Assembly: GCA_036172245.1 (NCBI GenBank)
Contig: JAYWIR010000029.1
Location: 2,294,001 to 2,358,000 of the forward strand
DNA: 64,000 bases
Origin: Raillietiella orientalis
Lineage: Eukaryota
Direction: 5' to 3'
The notes beneath the pieces are model-generated. The model was not told where the DNA came from, ran no database searches, and worked only from the letters and a program-made list of their open reading frames with translations. Numbering within the stretch: position 1 is the first letter of the stretch; every line of letters starts with the position of its first letter. This document shows positions 11,364 to 25,193 of the stretch, piece after piece. The position numbers and the translations under genes are program-made.

Positions 11364-13499
11364 GAAGGGGGGATGGGGGGAGGGAAGGAAAGAAAAGTAC
11401 GTAGTGGCATTCATATCTTAAGGCTATGTGTCTGTAAGGCGAATCTTCCTATAAAAGAGCGATATGCTGATCACAAGCTTTGAATTACACGCTGTCTGCA
11501 GTCCCAGTGTTTCGAATTTGTGGAATGTGTTTCGGGACTTTATGCTGGTGACGTTCGGCAATAAGGATAGCGGCAGGATTTCCCGTGTGACGAATGATAA
11601 TTAATAGTACTCCTGAATGCACGAATGATGCGTGGGCACCCCTGCTTTGTAAAACGAGCTTTCGATGCGGGCATGAGGTGAATCCTATCGGATAATGAGG
11701 TCCTATTTATTTTGCATTAAATAGAAAAGGAGGGGGGATCGCCAAGCAGCGGGTTTGCCTTGTAACGGATGGAGAAGTTTTTGCCCGAAACGAGGTGTGG
11801 CCAATTCGATGAATTCTGCAGTGCCTGCCCCCTCCCCCTTTTTTTTTTTTTTTTTTTTTTTCGTTCGAAACGGATAAACACGAATGTGTATGTATTGTTT
11901 TTGAGCAGAATCCGCCACGACACGGAACGACGGCACGTCACAATGTTCGCGCCATTCAAAAGTCACATCAGCGACTGAATTCAAAAGTGAATGAAAGCAC
12001 AAAAAAAGGGAAAAAAGTGCGGTGTGCATGGTTTCCGAGATATCGGAAGGGTTGGTTCACAGCTGTGCGTTTCCCATGTGTGTGTTTCAGTTGCTGCCAA
12101 TCTCCACTGATCCCGAATTCGATGCTGCACGATTCATATAGAATGCTTCTATAGTAAAAAAAAAAAAAAAAAAAAAAGTTGCGCTGCTGACTTCGAAGGT
12201 AAGCAGTGATTCCATAGCACTGTTAGTGAGTCGTGATGGCTAAACTACACCCGCATAGAAACGCTAGCAGCATTATGAGTAGCGGCGTGTTTTTTTTTTT
12301 TTTTTTTTTTCTTCTTTTTTTTTTTTCCTTCTCCTGCGACGAGCAGAAAGTCGAAAAAGCGTTTTTAGAATCGGAAAAAAAGAGGGAGAGTTTTCATACT
12401 CCTTCACTCTGGCGGTAGTAGGATTCCCCTCCCCCCCCTCCCACTCTCGCTAGAAAGCGAATTCGAATCAGCCAGTTGGCCGTGGGGTAAGGCAAGGAGG
12501 CCCACAGGCACCCAGACCTGATTCAAGTCGTCCCCGTGACGTGACTTCCCCTTCCGGTCTCGCTACGAATTAGACCGGGGAACGGGAGTTTCGCTTCTCC
12601 TTTTTGAGGCAAAAAGTACGACCACAGCTGCCGGCGTCGGTACAGCGATTCCTCATTTCGCGAAGAATTTGCAAAAAGAGTTTGTCGTTGCTTTCTTTTT
12701 CTTTTTTTTCCAGTCGTCATCAGAATGATAACTAAGAGGCATCAAAGTGACCTCCCTTTATGGTTTCGAAACGCCTGGAAACCGAGTGCATGCCTTCGAA
12801 ACGAAGACGGTGGCATGGGAAGGATTGTTTACAATGCAAAAAAAAAAAATTCCCTCACTGGTGAAGAGAACGACTCCACCCATCACATCCTCTACTACCT
12901 ACTGGGCTATGCGGACGGACTCAACTACAATCGGTTCCTGCTGTGGCCGGACTGGTTCCAGGCTGCTCTGAAAAAGGCCCACCAGCGCATGACCTCCATA
13001 CGTGACTGGCACGCGAAGCCGGGTTACCGTGACGGCGGTAAGGGCTCGCTCTCGAACGATCCCATTCCACCGTGGTTCTCGTCCGCTGTGAGTCGTGGCT
13101 GCGACCGCAATTTGAGTCCGCAAGGGCACCACCACCACCACCAAGCGCCTCCCTACGGTCGGATGGGCGCACCTCAGACGAAGAGGAAGAAGTCGCACTC
13201 CAGGGCAAAATAGAAGGCAGCTACGAGCACACCGACGGGGTTGAGGTGGGGAACGCTCCAACCACCGCGTCAGGGTTTCCTGCCGAAGGGATTCCGGTTC
13301 ACCCAGCTGGTCGCAACACTCCACGCGCCTTGGGAAGCAAATCGTTCCACAAGAGAAATGAAAATAAAACGCAGCTTGGTAGCGGACGCCTCGAGGCGAG
13401 TCTTGGGGCATCCAGGGTCCGCCGCGCGGACTGAGAAGACACCCGTCCGGAAGTCCTTGAATGGGCTGCAGATCAGGGGAAAGCGGGAGCCGGAGTCCA

Positions 13500-14645
13500 G
13501 GGACTTGCCCCCGCGAAGCTTCCCCCGCGGGCGCTGCTTGTCCCCTCGCGCCTCGCCCTTCCCCCCTTCCTACTCTGGGAACGACGCTCTTGCAGACGCC
13601 CCTCCTCCCCGGCGTTCGATTCCCCCTCCTCCTCCCTGCCACATCATTTCCGCTTCCAGGGCGCGCGCGAGGCATCCCTTGACCCACCTGGGACGCCTCC
13701 CGGGTGAGCGATCGGTGGGGAGAGGAAGGAGGGGAGAGGAGAAAGAGGAACTCCCTTTCTCCGACGTTCCTGACCTCTTGAGGCAGTTGTCGCACGCACG
13801 AGACCCACGCTGTTGGGAGGAGGAACGGGTCCCCCTCACGGGAACACAGGATTCCTCCGGCAGCGGCCAGGTGGGTGCGCCCCCTCCTGAACCTCGCCGA
13901 AGGAGCACCCGGTGCACCTGATCGCTTCCCTCGGGAGCGCTCGGAGTCCGCCCTGCCCCTTCGAAGGCACCCTCGGCGTCAAACGCCTTGCCCCCGGGGA
14001 GTCTTTCGCGACAACGGGAGGCAGGCTGACCGCCTGCGGTGCTCCTCCGCAGCTCCGTGCGCCGGGAGGCCGGAAGGGGGTCGCGAGCAGCCCCAAGGGA
14101 AGGTGGCAACGGGAATCTCCTTCGCCTCCCCTTCTCGCCGTGCGTTCCTGTGATTCCGGGACTACTTCCCAGGAGTTTGGCACGGGGAGAGCTCCGGGGA
14201 GGAGCGGCCACGCACCCTCGTAGCCTGAGAGCCGAAGGGAGCGCGCAGATCAAGACCCGGCAGAATGGGGCAGTCTCTCCCAAGGAGGAAGACGGATGCA
14301 AGGACGGCGGATCCTCCTCTGAGCTGGCGTTGAGGTTGCGTTCCGCCGTCGTCCGGGGAAGAAGGCGATGGGACACGAGGAATGCGCTCTTTTCTTCCCC
14401 CTCTCCCCCCCGACCGCCTACCCGCGACCTTTTTTTTTAATGTCCGTGGCCACCCGGGAGGCGTCCCGCGTGAGTTAAGGGATGCCCCTCGCGCGCCTCG
14501 GAAGTGGAAATGTTGCGGCGGGAGAGGAGAAGGGGCGTGTGCAAGAGCGCCGTTCCCAGAAAAGGAAAGGGGGAAGAGCGAGGCGCGAGAGGATGACGAC
14601 CGAGCAGCGACCGCGGGGAAAGCTGCGCGGGCTGACCTCGGACGG
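13500..14645. repeat. Diverged inverted repeat pair (~200 bp arms: ~13500-13706 and ~14446-14645)
   Basis: cccgcgaagcttcccccgcgg...tctgggaacgacgctcttgca...ggcatcccttgacccacctgggacgcctcccgggtg matches the reverse complement of the second arm (...ggcatcccttaactcacgcgggacgcctcccgggtg) with substitutions and indels. Confidence 0.8.
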
Positions 14646-16299
14646 GACGGGATGACCCGGCTCCATGCCGCCCGGCTACTCTCCGTAACATGCATGGGTA
14701 AGGTCAGCTTCTCTCGAAAAGGACGAGCGCCCCGGCGCTTGGCCCTGGGCGGCGACGTCCCTCTGAGAAATGCACGACCTGGTTCCCTCTCCCGGAGCTT
14801 CTTGAACAGATGCCGTTGGGATCCGTCAGCTCAGCCAGCAGCAAGGAGATGCCTCGTCCGAGCCGACATTCCTCCTCGGCGTCGTCCGTGACCCGGCGTG
14901 GGGAGGGAGCGGAGCGAAGGAGGGAAGGGAGGGGTCGAGGGAATGGGTAACTTCGAGAATCGAGAGAGCGGACTCGACCGAGGGCTCCTCCCGGAGCGTT
15001 CCGAAGGAAGAAACGACTCTAACTGACGATCCCAAAGGGCGTTGGAAAACGCCCCCTGGCTCCGCGGAGCTGAAGATCCGACCTCCCAAAGTAGAGGCAC
15101 TCTGTCCTAAGGCGGCGTCCGACCTCGGGGCGACCCGAAAGAAGGAAAAGGGGTGTAAGAAGGATAGCGCAACCCCCTCCCACACACCCTGCGTGACCGA
15201 TCTTGACTCGCCTCCCCCCTACTCCTAGAGAGAGATCCTGTCTCCAGGGGTCCCAGAGTGATTCCCGGATTTACCTTCTCGTGCGTGCCGGTCGAGAGAC
15301 GTGCCTGAGAGAGGGGCGTCCGCCGCTCGGAACCTTAGATGCCACCGCAGACTGGACTCGCAAGGCCTCCAGCGTCACCTTTAAAAGCTATAAGCCCGGG
15401 TCGCTCTTGTTCTTCGGGCGACAGAGAGCTCATAGTTGCACGCCTTTTGCTTCCCAGCGTCCAATGATATGCGATGGCGCAACAGCGTTTGCAATGCAAA
15501 TGCATTCCTTCCGGAGCCTCTTGGAGACATCCCGTTTGCGAAACGCAAGGTCAAAATGCATATGGATGCTGATGGTCCAGCGGCGCAGCTGAAGCAAACA
15601 TGCGCGTAAACAGAAGAGAGGGTCCTGCATAGGTAGACGGAACGGGGTTCTTCGAAAACCAAAGCCAGGGGCGTTCCGATGTCAGCGGCCCCCTCGCGAA
15701 AGCAGCAAGGAGGCAAGAGAAAAGGCAGCAAGGAAACCACGTGCCCTCAGGCAGGAATAAGAGGAGGCAGGCTGGTGTGTACCTCCGCTCCGGAACTGTT
15801 CGTTGGTTGCCCTGAGGAGCAGACAAGTAGCTGGCGCAAAGCAGATCGGCAGCGACCGGACTGGTGAAGACCAGATGGAGAGACTGTTCCGCATTGTCCA
15901 TCAAGCAAGGGTGGACACAGTGGTTAGCTGAAGAGCTGCACTTCTTTCTTCCTCTTCCCGCGCTGCAGAGGCATCCAAGGAGGAATTTCAGTCCCCAATG
16001 CAAAAAGAAACAAGGCGAGTGCACTTGAGTGGAAGGTTCGGATGTTTCCCAAGCCAAAGAGCACTCAGGTGCTGCAGAGAGAGAGAATGGAGCTCGCGAT
16101 GAAAGAAATTCGTAGTGAAATGAGGCGTAGGCAATGCTAGAGAGGTCATAACTCTAGATCCGTCGATGCTCCGGATGGCGCAGGTGAGTTTTCCTGCGTG
16201 GGAAAGAAGCGGTGCCGTCTGTTTGTGGAGAAGACGGTGCATCATGCGCTTTCTCCACAAACAAGACGCCACAAGTTCGACCATTGATGCTGCCTACTG

Positions 16300-17620
16300 T
16301 ATTGGTGGCTGCTCATCGTGCATCGTCACGCGTCCCTATGGAATCTTTGAGAGCAGAAACTCTCGAAAATGCCACCTCGGGCTGATTCAGTCCGAGGTTG
16401 CATTTTCGAGAGGTTCTTCTAACCTCCAAAAGAACCTGTGAGCTACACCGTTCTTTCTACCCAGTCCCAGCCTCACATAAAGCTCTGCTGAGTGGGTGAT
16501 CCCGATGAGAAGCTGAGAGTTCGTCATTCCTTAAAGATGGTACTTTGAGCACGGCAGTTTCATGCAGAATGAAACGAGCAGTGAGGAGACAGCAGATTGA
16601 TGGATCATCTGGAATGGTGCACTGAAATTGCAGAAAGAGTCCAGAGCATGGAAACTACTGATTAATGATTCAAGGCCATATGACTGCACTGCATCAAAAT
16701 CTTATAGAAAATTTGGAAGGAAAACACGTTTCGTTATGGTCAGGCATTCTTAAACAGCATGGAGGAAACGATAAATGTCCTCTCGTTGTCTTCAAAGAGG
16801 ACACGAAGGATGGATGCATTGAGGACAACTGAACCACACCCGCGAAAGCTAGGACCTAATAACCCAAGAACAGTGGTTCCCCAGCCTGCTGAAGAGCAGA
16901 TCCACGCAACCTGGAGCTTCAAATCGAGCATTTGCAAATGGGTGATCCACGAATTTCGTCTGGCAATCTTAGTCTCTTGAAGGCGCGTCCTCTTCCAAAC
17001 GGCAGGCATCTGTGCGTATTTGGTGGAACGGAAACGAGAAGAACTAGGGTCAGACACTTCTGGTTGTTTGAGAAAGAAAACAGGGGCCTTTGCCCATTTG
17101 CCAACAAGTTGTGTTCCTGACTCAAACTTTTCATCCACATCTTGAGACAAGCGGACGTCACCATTGTCTCAATGTTCCCAAAAATATCGAAATGCTTCTC
17201 AGCTCCACGAGTTTCAGGAACCAAGGTCGGGCAGACCTCATGCCCTTTCGATTTGCATTCGCAAATACAGCAAATATCCCTTATGGTTTTCCTGTACAAA
17301 TAAGTAGGAAGAATGAACAAGCCGAAATTCTTCGGAGGAAACAAATTGATGCTGCGAAACTGCAACAAAACTTTAGTCTTTTGAGTTTCCTGTTTTCACA
17401 GATGGATGGAAGCAGATCGGCCCAGGAACTTCTTGTTTCCATATGTAAGTGTGGGAAGAAACCCGAGATTCGGTGTCTTCGACTGCATTGCAAGATCGCG
17501 AAGGCTCGAGGCAAGAACCTGATCCACTTCTAGTGTGCATGTGAGGCTGCGTTTATAAATCCTTGCGGAGCACACGCGGTATGAACAGGTTGGAGGAATA
17601 GGCAATCCTGCGTGCTGTCG
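16300..17620 (+). mobile_element. Decayed Penelope-like retroelement (RT + GIY-YIG)
   Basis: In order: PYGIF (16334), YFEHGSFMQ (16541), IIWNG (16604), YRK (16703; the last three share one frame), LQMGDP (16932, like L..NGYP), CKCGKK..C (~17443) and KNLIHF*CAC (~17513-17542, like the GIY-YIG NvIY.i.C.C). Confidence 0.5.
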
Positions 17621-18539
17621 CACCTGCGGCAGGAGTGGCAGGGGTTCACGTCGTATCCAACATACAGAATTCTAAAAAGCATCTCAAGAGTATCGCACGA
17701 TGAGTCAGTTTGCAGCATGGAGAGTGCTACAAGGTCATTTCCAGGCGCTCTCTCGCAAAAGAACAATAGAGATGGGGAGCCTTCTTGTTCTAACCGTAAC
17801 GTTATGGCCGAAATGTTTGGTACGATAAAAACGTCTTGTTGCCTCTGGAATTTTCTTTATCTATTGTACGAATCGAGGGCAAATTTCGGTACAAAGTACT
17901 ACCACTGTGATGTTTGCAGTCATGCTATTCGGTTGGTGCTCGAGTTTCAAAACTGAAAACTCGAGATGCCGGCTTGACGTGTTTTGATCTTTGCAGCCCG
18001 GTTTCCGTTTGAAGCCTTTCGAAACTTCGTTCTCCGAATCACTCCACTGCGACCAACTCCTCACCGTTGCTAGTTGGAATGAGCATTGCTACGGCGACAG
18101 CACAAGATAAGAGCTAGTCCAGGATCACCATCGACACAGTGAGCAAGCTGTGGAAATCAACGGGAACACCAGCCAGCACTCCACAACGAGTCAGAGTCCT
18201 TTCCCGAAATCGAAATGGCATGCGTTTGGTCAGCAGTGTTTGAAAAAAAACTACAGCAGGGATTCTGAAGTTTCAAATTTCATCTTATCTTTGCCGATAT
18301 ATGGCGGACGGCAGCGGCCTGAAGGGAGCTAACGAAAATCCTATCTAACCGTGTTGTGGAAGCTCTACATCCAGAGATGGCTGGGCGGAGAGAGACGGGT
18401 ACACTTGAAAACGGCCGGATGCTTTGCCGTAAACTTGGTTTCCTGGCAACGTTCAGATAATTCCATCCCAGCCTTCCTGCGGGAAGAAATCGGTTCGTGA
18501 GCGTCCACCCCATGCCATCACTAGAAAGCGAAAAATTCT

Positions 18540-19050
18540 TCAAAGGAGAGAAAATCGGCTAGGGAGTGGCAGGATAAAATCGTTCCAGCCATTGTCATTG
18601 GATTCTGGAGAATGGTCAATGAAGGAAAGTGGCCAAGGATCACTTAACGAGCTGCTCTCTTCATGCCTGCAAAGGATTGCAGGAAAACAATCCCTTCTTG
18701 CTGAGTTCCTGGTAAAAGGTAAAAGGTCAGGTAGCATCTCCACATGAGAAGAAGAATCGCTAAGCTCTGCAGTTTGATTGGCCGTGAGCTGAGATGAGAA
18801 TGGACCTCTTTCAAGGGGTTTATGCTCTTCCTCGGAGGAAAAAGCAACGCATCCCCGTCAGAGTGTACAGAGTGGACTTGCTGCAGATCTTTTTTTTTTA
18901 AAAGAAACTTCAAGTATCAGAAGGAGTTCTTGCGCATGCTGTAGCAGACACATTTCTGTGCAGGATGCACTGACGCCCCATCACATCTTCGGGGAGGGGT
19001 TGGCAGATTCTTGTTTACCCTGAGGCCTTTGCATCCGATCGCACGCGCTT
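18540..19050 (+). mobile_element. Decayed Penelope-like RT relic
   Basis: DKIVPAIVI (18573), then YALPRRKKQRIPVR (18821-18862, close to YxLPKIHK..iPxRP), then FLFT (~19008, SLFT). Confidence 0.5.
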
Positions 19051-22000
19051 GGCGCGCAGCTGTGGCAACGTGTCACCTGCCATTGCAAATATCCACAGCA
19101 ACCCTCACTGCATCAATCGTTTCATTGAGCGCTCAAACATCGTGAGCCGACTTTGGCGTCTTTCGAATGGGGAATTCCTTCCGGCTTCCATTGAAGCGCA
19201 CGAGACGCATGAGAACGTCTGTCGCCCAGGGAAACCAACAGTCGTGACTTCCCTCGTGGGAGCACCACAGAAACACCCCCTCCAGTGAAATCGCGGGTCG
19301 CCAGTTGGCAGAGATGGCTACATTATCAGCTGCTCTCTGTAGCACGCAATCATTCCCCGGGATGAAAAAACCTGGGGAGCGTCAAGGTGATAAGATATGA
19401 GCTGGCTGGAGGCGCGGATACCGCGGGAGCGGAACCGCGCGGAAGCGCCTGGAAAAGTTGTGTCATCGAGGGGATTTTTCGGTAGCCGCTCGGCCGCGAC
19501 TCCAGAAAGTGAGGGAAGGGAAGGGAAGGGGGGTTGTTGAGAAGCGGACGTGCACGGAAGGGGGAGGGGGGGAGGAACCGGTGAGGCTACCGCGCGCTCG
19601 ATCTGGCTCGGTCTCCGCGTGGCACGAGTCTGTTTCTGTTGCACGCGAGGCACTCGTTTCCGCGAAACCTTCTTCGACCGGCTGCCCCTACCACGAGGGC
19701 TGCGGTCGCAGCGCGCGGGATCTGCTCCCTTGGCTCGAAATGATGCCGCGGCGATCCATCTCCCCCGCTGTCTTGACCGGGAAGCGAAAGCGAAAGAAAG
19801 ATGGAAGCGATGAGACGAGTCAAAGAACTTTCTCAGCTTCCCGATGCCCGCTGCTCATCGTCCCGACGAGCAGGGGAAGAGACGGGAGCGGCAGATGGGG
19901 CTCTGAACGCTCCGGGTCGGCTGGTCGGAGCCATCAAGGAAGAGAGATCGAGGAAGGACAGGGCAACTCTGCACTCGCACCTAAAGATGGGGAAGGGAGG
20001 GGGGAGTGAAACGCTCGGCTCCGACGCCGGTTCCCGGAGGGGGTGCAGAGAGAATGAGAAGCCGCGAGGTGACCCCCGTCGGCAAGCTCGCCTCGAGAGG
20101 TGACCCCCATGGGCAGGCTCGCCTCAAGCGAAGGCGGTCGGTCAACAATTCAGGAGAGCAGAAACACGCGAAGCCGGGAGACGCATCCGAGACCCCGGAG
20201 ACCATGGCGTATCTAAACAATGGCTCGACTTTGGATCTTTCCATCCCAGATGTGCCCGCCCGACGCATTCGCCTGGGCGCGCGGGGAGCGCGGAGAAGTC
20301 CCGGTAGTAAATGGGGGAGAGGGCGATTTGGGCCTCTCGATAGCAGCAACCCCTTCCTCGAAGGGGGGCCTGAGTCGTCGAGGGCAGCGAGCACTTTCCA
20401 CCGGCGGTTTTTTTTACCACGGCTGGAGACTCGGCCGCGGCCCTAAGCATTCTGTCTGACAGCTGGCGCAAGAGGGTTCGCGGTCACCACCACCACGGCG
20501 CGTACTCCGGGGGGGACTCCGCACACTCGGGGCGGTGTACCCACGGAGATGGGGAAACTCCTACTCTTTCGCACCCTCAGCGGGGCTCTGAAGCTCCTGC
20601 AGCCCGGCAGTTCCCTTTGCCCGCAATAGGGAAGTCCAGACCTTCCCGAGGCGCCAGAGAGGCAGCAGGAGGAACCTGAAAGAGAATGTGGGGTCATCTG
20701 GGATTCTGGGCCCCCTCCAAGAGGGTCTGCGTCTACACTGTCTCCGAGCGTTCCTCTCCAGAGGGCTCCAGAGAGCACCAGCAGTGCCGCAGCCTCCCCA
20801 GCGGATGGTCCGCACGCCCCGCGACCCGACTTTGTACCGAGGGAAATCGGTCTGCGCCCAGGAGGAGGCTGGCGCTTATCCGGAAGAAGAGTTGGTCCAG
20901 CAACGTCGGAGGAGGGGAGGGCGAGGAAACGGGCTCGATGGCAACGCGCGGCCTGCGGGGACCAGGAGCAGATCCTCCACAACCCCCTACCGCGAGGCTC
21001 GAAGGACTCGCCGATCTCTCCCTCCCCCTTTTGGGGTCGCCGTCATCTCTTCGCGCGAGTCCACCTCCCGGATTCCCATCGCTGCTCCTCGACTGTGCCG
21101 GTCTCCCCCCGGGCGTTTCCCGCGCGTTCGTTTCTTCCCCCCTTCCCCCCTCCCCTTCACCATGGGATCCGTTCAGGCACCGGGTGTGCCTGCGGAACGA
21201 GCACGGGCAATCACGTGCTCGCCACCAAGTGTTGCATCGGTGCCAGCTTTCCCCCCACGCGACGTGTGGGGTGAGAGCTTCCGCTGTGGAAGCTACTTGG
21301 CAGCTGGGAGCTGAGCTCCGTGGAAAAGTGCGCCGTCATCATCGGCTCTAATCACGGTGCCCAGGGCGAACTGGATAGAGGAAGCAAAAGGGTTATAAGC
21401 GAGCGGAGCCGATAACTCCCCCTACCTCCCCTTCCCTCGAGTGCATCCCGAGGGATTCGCCGAACCTACTGAACAGCCCCACGAAATCCTGTGGTTCCAT
21501 TCGGGCTTTCAGCTCTTCGGGGAGGGAGGCAAGGGATCTGCGTTGGTGTTTCCGCACCATGATTCGTATGGTGACCTCCGTTTCCTCATTCCCAAAGTAT
21601 CCTAAAGTGTTCCTCCTATGTTCCCCGAGTGTTTCCGGTCCACCCCTCTCAGTAGACGCAGATAAGGCAGGCAACGATGATTTTAGGGAACGCAAAAAAA
21701 AAACATGGCCGAATGTTCGGGACCCTGCAGCCGGAGGGAGAGTTCGCGCTAGACCATCCCAGACTCTCAACTGCGCGTCTCTTTTGACGAAGAAAACGGA
21801 GAATCAAGCGGGGCTGCACTTTCGGGGTGGGGATGGGTTGGTGTCTTGGAAAAGGTCGGAACAATGGCACCCCCACCCACCCCCACCCCAGTCCGCTCGC
21901 TAACTAGTAGGACCTGACAGGGCTGACCTTTCGCCGCAGCTTTCAGCGGACCCGACAGAAGTGGTCCTCTGGGATCGCGTCGCGCACGGACACCTCGAGC

Positions 22001-22485
22001 GCACGGGGATCGGCACATCGGCACCTCCTTCCGACACGGCACACGGCCTCTGCGCACGTCGGTCGCGGCATACCGCTCGTGCTGTTTCTCGCTGCACCAT
22101 TCAAGGCCACGTCGCTGCTGCTCCACCTCGCCAGCTGACCTTCCGAGTTCCTCTTTTTTGTTCCTTTTTTTGATGCGCCAAGTGCCAAAGAACCGTTCGC
22201 CTCCCTAGGAAAGAGGGAGTGGGAGGGGGTCATAAAGCTCTCTCTGATACTGTCCACGCTGCCCGAGGGTGCGTGCAACCCTTCAAGGTATAGGGGCTAT
22301 CCCGAGGGGACTACCCTAGAATCCAGGTAGACCCCGGTGGGAGGAGTCTGTTCCTCTGACTCTTGGGAGAGAACCTCGAAAGGAACCCTCGACCTGGTTG
22401 TCGCCGAAAGGAACTTCCTTCCTCATCCTCTCCGGAGGTACCCTGAGGAGGGGGCCACTCATTCTTTCTCCGGATAGGATCCGCC

Positions 22486-22903
22486 CCTTGTTTCCTCCTA
22501 TGAAGAGAACCCCGAGGAGAAGCGTCCGAATTTCCTAAAGGGGGCTACCCGAAGGAAGCAGCGCACTTCTTGAGAGGGTCCCCCCCCCCCCCCCGAGAAG
22601 GAGTATCAACCAGCTCCATGGTATGGAGACGTTTTCACAACCGGAGGCGAACCCCGAAGGGCTTCTCGAATTGGAAGGACTTAAAGGGGTCAACTTCCAA
22701 CTTCCAATCCCGGCCAGTCAACGGGGCAACAGTTTTCCAGCTGCCTCCACTAGTACCGCACCCGAAGCCGAGAGACCAGCCAATGTCATCTAGAGGGGGA
22801 GGGGAGAGGACTTGATACCCACGACGCACCTCCGTTTCTCGGCATGGATCCTTCCCCGGGAGGGATTCGAATCCGCGATGCTCGTTGCCACGCGCGGAGA
22901 CCG
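22486..22903 (+). repeat. GC-rich dispersed repeat family, copy A
   Basis: Aligns by eye to the reverse complement of 25658-26073 (shared gaagagaaccccgaggagaag, gctacccgaaggaagcagcgcacttcttga, gaggcgaaccccgaagggct, aacttccaatcccggccagtcaacggggca, acccacgacgcacc), and more weakly to ~23440-23750 and ~35800-36330. Confidence 0.85.
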
Positions 22904-25193
22904 TAGTCAAGACAGCCAGCGTGGGTCTCTGTTTAAGGTCGCGTGTTGCCAGCCCACGTCCTCGCCACTCGTGCTACTCGGGTTCTTCCCGCAATGCTAC
23001 TTGCGACGACCTCGATTCCTGGGCGCACCTCGAGTGCTGCTACCACTCCGTGATCGTGCTGTCGTAGGTAGGAAGAGCGGCAATAACGACGTGCGGGATG
23101 GAGGGAGCGGCGGCTGCGGCCGGCCTTCTGTCAGAGGTTGGGGCGTGTCCTGCCCTTTCTCACCTCATCCCCTTTTGCGAACTCGTCGATCCCCGGAGAG
23201 GACATGCGCCTTCGCTCTGCTCCTGCCTTCCCTTTTTCCCCCTTTTATTTTTCAAATCCTCCATGGCAGTCAGAGACTTGAGGCGGGCGAGTGCGCAGGG
23301 GAGCGCCCAAGCGAAGTGTCGCGGAGTGGGACTTTCAGCAAAGGAGCGACGCATGACGTTACCAGAGGCGAGTTCGGATTCCGTCGCGTCACGACCCTTT
23401 GAATCCGGGAAGGGGCTCGTAGTCCGTTCCTCTTACGCCTGGGGAGGATCCCACAAGGGGACCTTCACCTTGGTTGTCTCCGAAGGAGAACTCCGAAGGG
23501 GATCTCCTTCCTTATTCTATCCAGAGGGATCCCCCGGAGGGGGTTCGCTCCATTTTTCTTTTCTGAAGGGAATCCGCAAATGAACCTCTCTCTGTTTGCT
23601 CCTCCTCTGAAGAGAACTCCGAAGGGACGCTCCCGAAATCCAGAAGGGCGCTGCTTCCCCGAAGGGATCGGCTCACTTCTCTGCACCCTCTGGAGAGGTG
23701 GCGACACATACCGAATCCATCAGTACAACTTGAAGGGTCCCCCCAGAATGAGGGGCCTCTCCTGCAACATCTGGGGAAGTGGCTACACACCTACTCCATC
23801 TGAACGAACTGGAAGGGTCCCCCACACTGGGCGATCCTCTCTCCTTAGCACAACCAGAGGGGAAGAATGACTCTTTGGAACTCCTCTTGATCCCTGGAAG
23901 GACCTGAAGGTCCTGGATCGAAGAACCGCACCTGAGGATTCAAATGGGTGAGCAGCACACGCCGTCATGCTGAATCAGGGTTCGGAAGCTTGGGAGGGGT
24001 TGAGGTCACCTTCCCAGGAAGCAGGACGGCGCCAGTTTGGGAAGCGGGTGCCTCGGACATCCTACGGGGAGTGGGCAAATGGAGGCTTTTCGCGTCCCAG
24101 GTGTGGAGGCGGACTCAGCTGTAAGACATGGACCACGTAGCATCGCGACATCATCGCTGCTAGCAATGCCTCCCTCATCATGATGTCCGATCTCAAGAGT
24201 TTGCTTCCCAAAGCAAACGAGTGCGTTAACGTCCCCTAGATGCAGGAACAAGGAGGACCTCTAGCCTCCAAGGGCGCGTGCGCAAGGGCATCACGCTGCA
24301 CCTCTCGCAGCCCATCGAGCGAGATGATCTTCGGCATGTTGCCATGTGCTGCTTCTTGCCAACAGGACTGGTTGAGGAAAAGCGTTTCCTCTGCTCGAAG
24401 AGAGAGAGGGAAGAGTGTTCCTCCTCTTGGTCTGCGCCAGCCTTTTACTTAATTTGGCTTCAAACCGCATGCCTATACTGGCAGTACCAGTAAACGCTTA
24501 TGGTGGCGCCCACTCCTCTCGGGGCCGGAAAACGCTTCTCTCGAGAGAGAGAGATGAGAGAGCTCCAGCAGTCTTGCATCCTCTTGCGCCTCAAGTGACC
24601 TAATAAACGCTTTCCAGAATCGCTCGTGGGGGTGAAGGTGACATAGACCCTGGCATTACGATTCCGCATGTCTTCGTTCGGAGGTGGACTCTGTGAAATG
24701 CGGTCCGACGAGGATTCGTCCCTGATGTATCCGGTGGTCCAGCCGCCCTCGGGTCTCCTTCCTTCCCCATGCATCGGCGCCGAACCTTGGCGCCCTTTCA
24801 GCCGCTGCGGAACAGGACAGAGGCGCAAGAGGATCGGGGATAAAGGAAAACCGAGGAGTCCCGAAAGTGGCGAAAGAGAGTGGCCTCCGGGATAGTCTCT
24901 CCCTGATCCATCTTGAAAGAGGCGAAGCTGTGATCCTTTCGGAGATAGCTAGGATGCGTATGAGCTCGCTGTTCAGCCGAGCCGCCACTGTTGCCAAAGG
25001 GCTCCCCGTATCAATGGTGATACCGACACTCCGCCTCTTCCGTAGGGTGGTCCTTTCAAAAACAGTGCTAGGACTCCAGCATAAAAAAACACCAGCCCTT
25101 CCCCTACTGCGGAGAGCCCTTCGCTGGCCTGCGCTTTCATCCAGACGATTGGGGACGGCATCGCGGGAGCCTACCATCGCCTGAGGGCGAGGA

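Noticed and set aside
15020..15055. Hammerhead-like CTGACGA-tcccaaaggg...GAAA
   Set aside because: Extra bases between stem II and GAAA, and no stem I/III or NUH site.
12899..15600. Many overlapping 100-300 aa ORFs on both strands
   Set aside because: R/G/P/S-rich frames expected by chance in GC-rich DNA; no domains.
22855..22880. ggattcgaatcc resembling a tRNA T-loop or B box
   Set aside because: No cloverleaf and no A box; part of the GC-rich repeat family.
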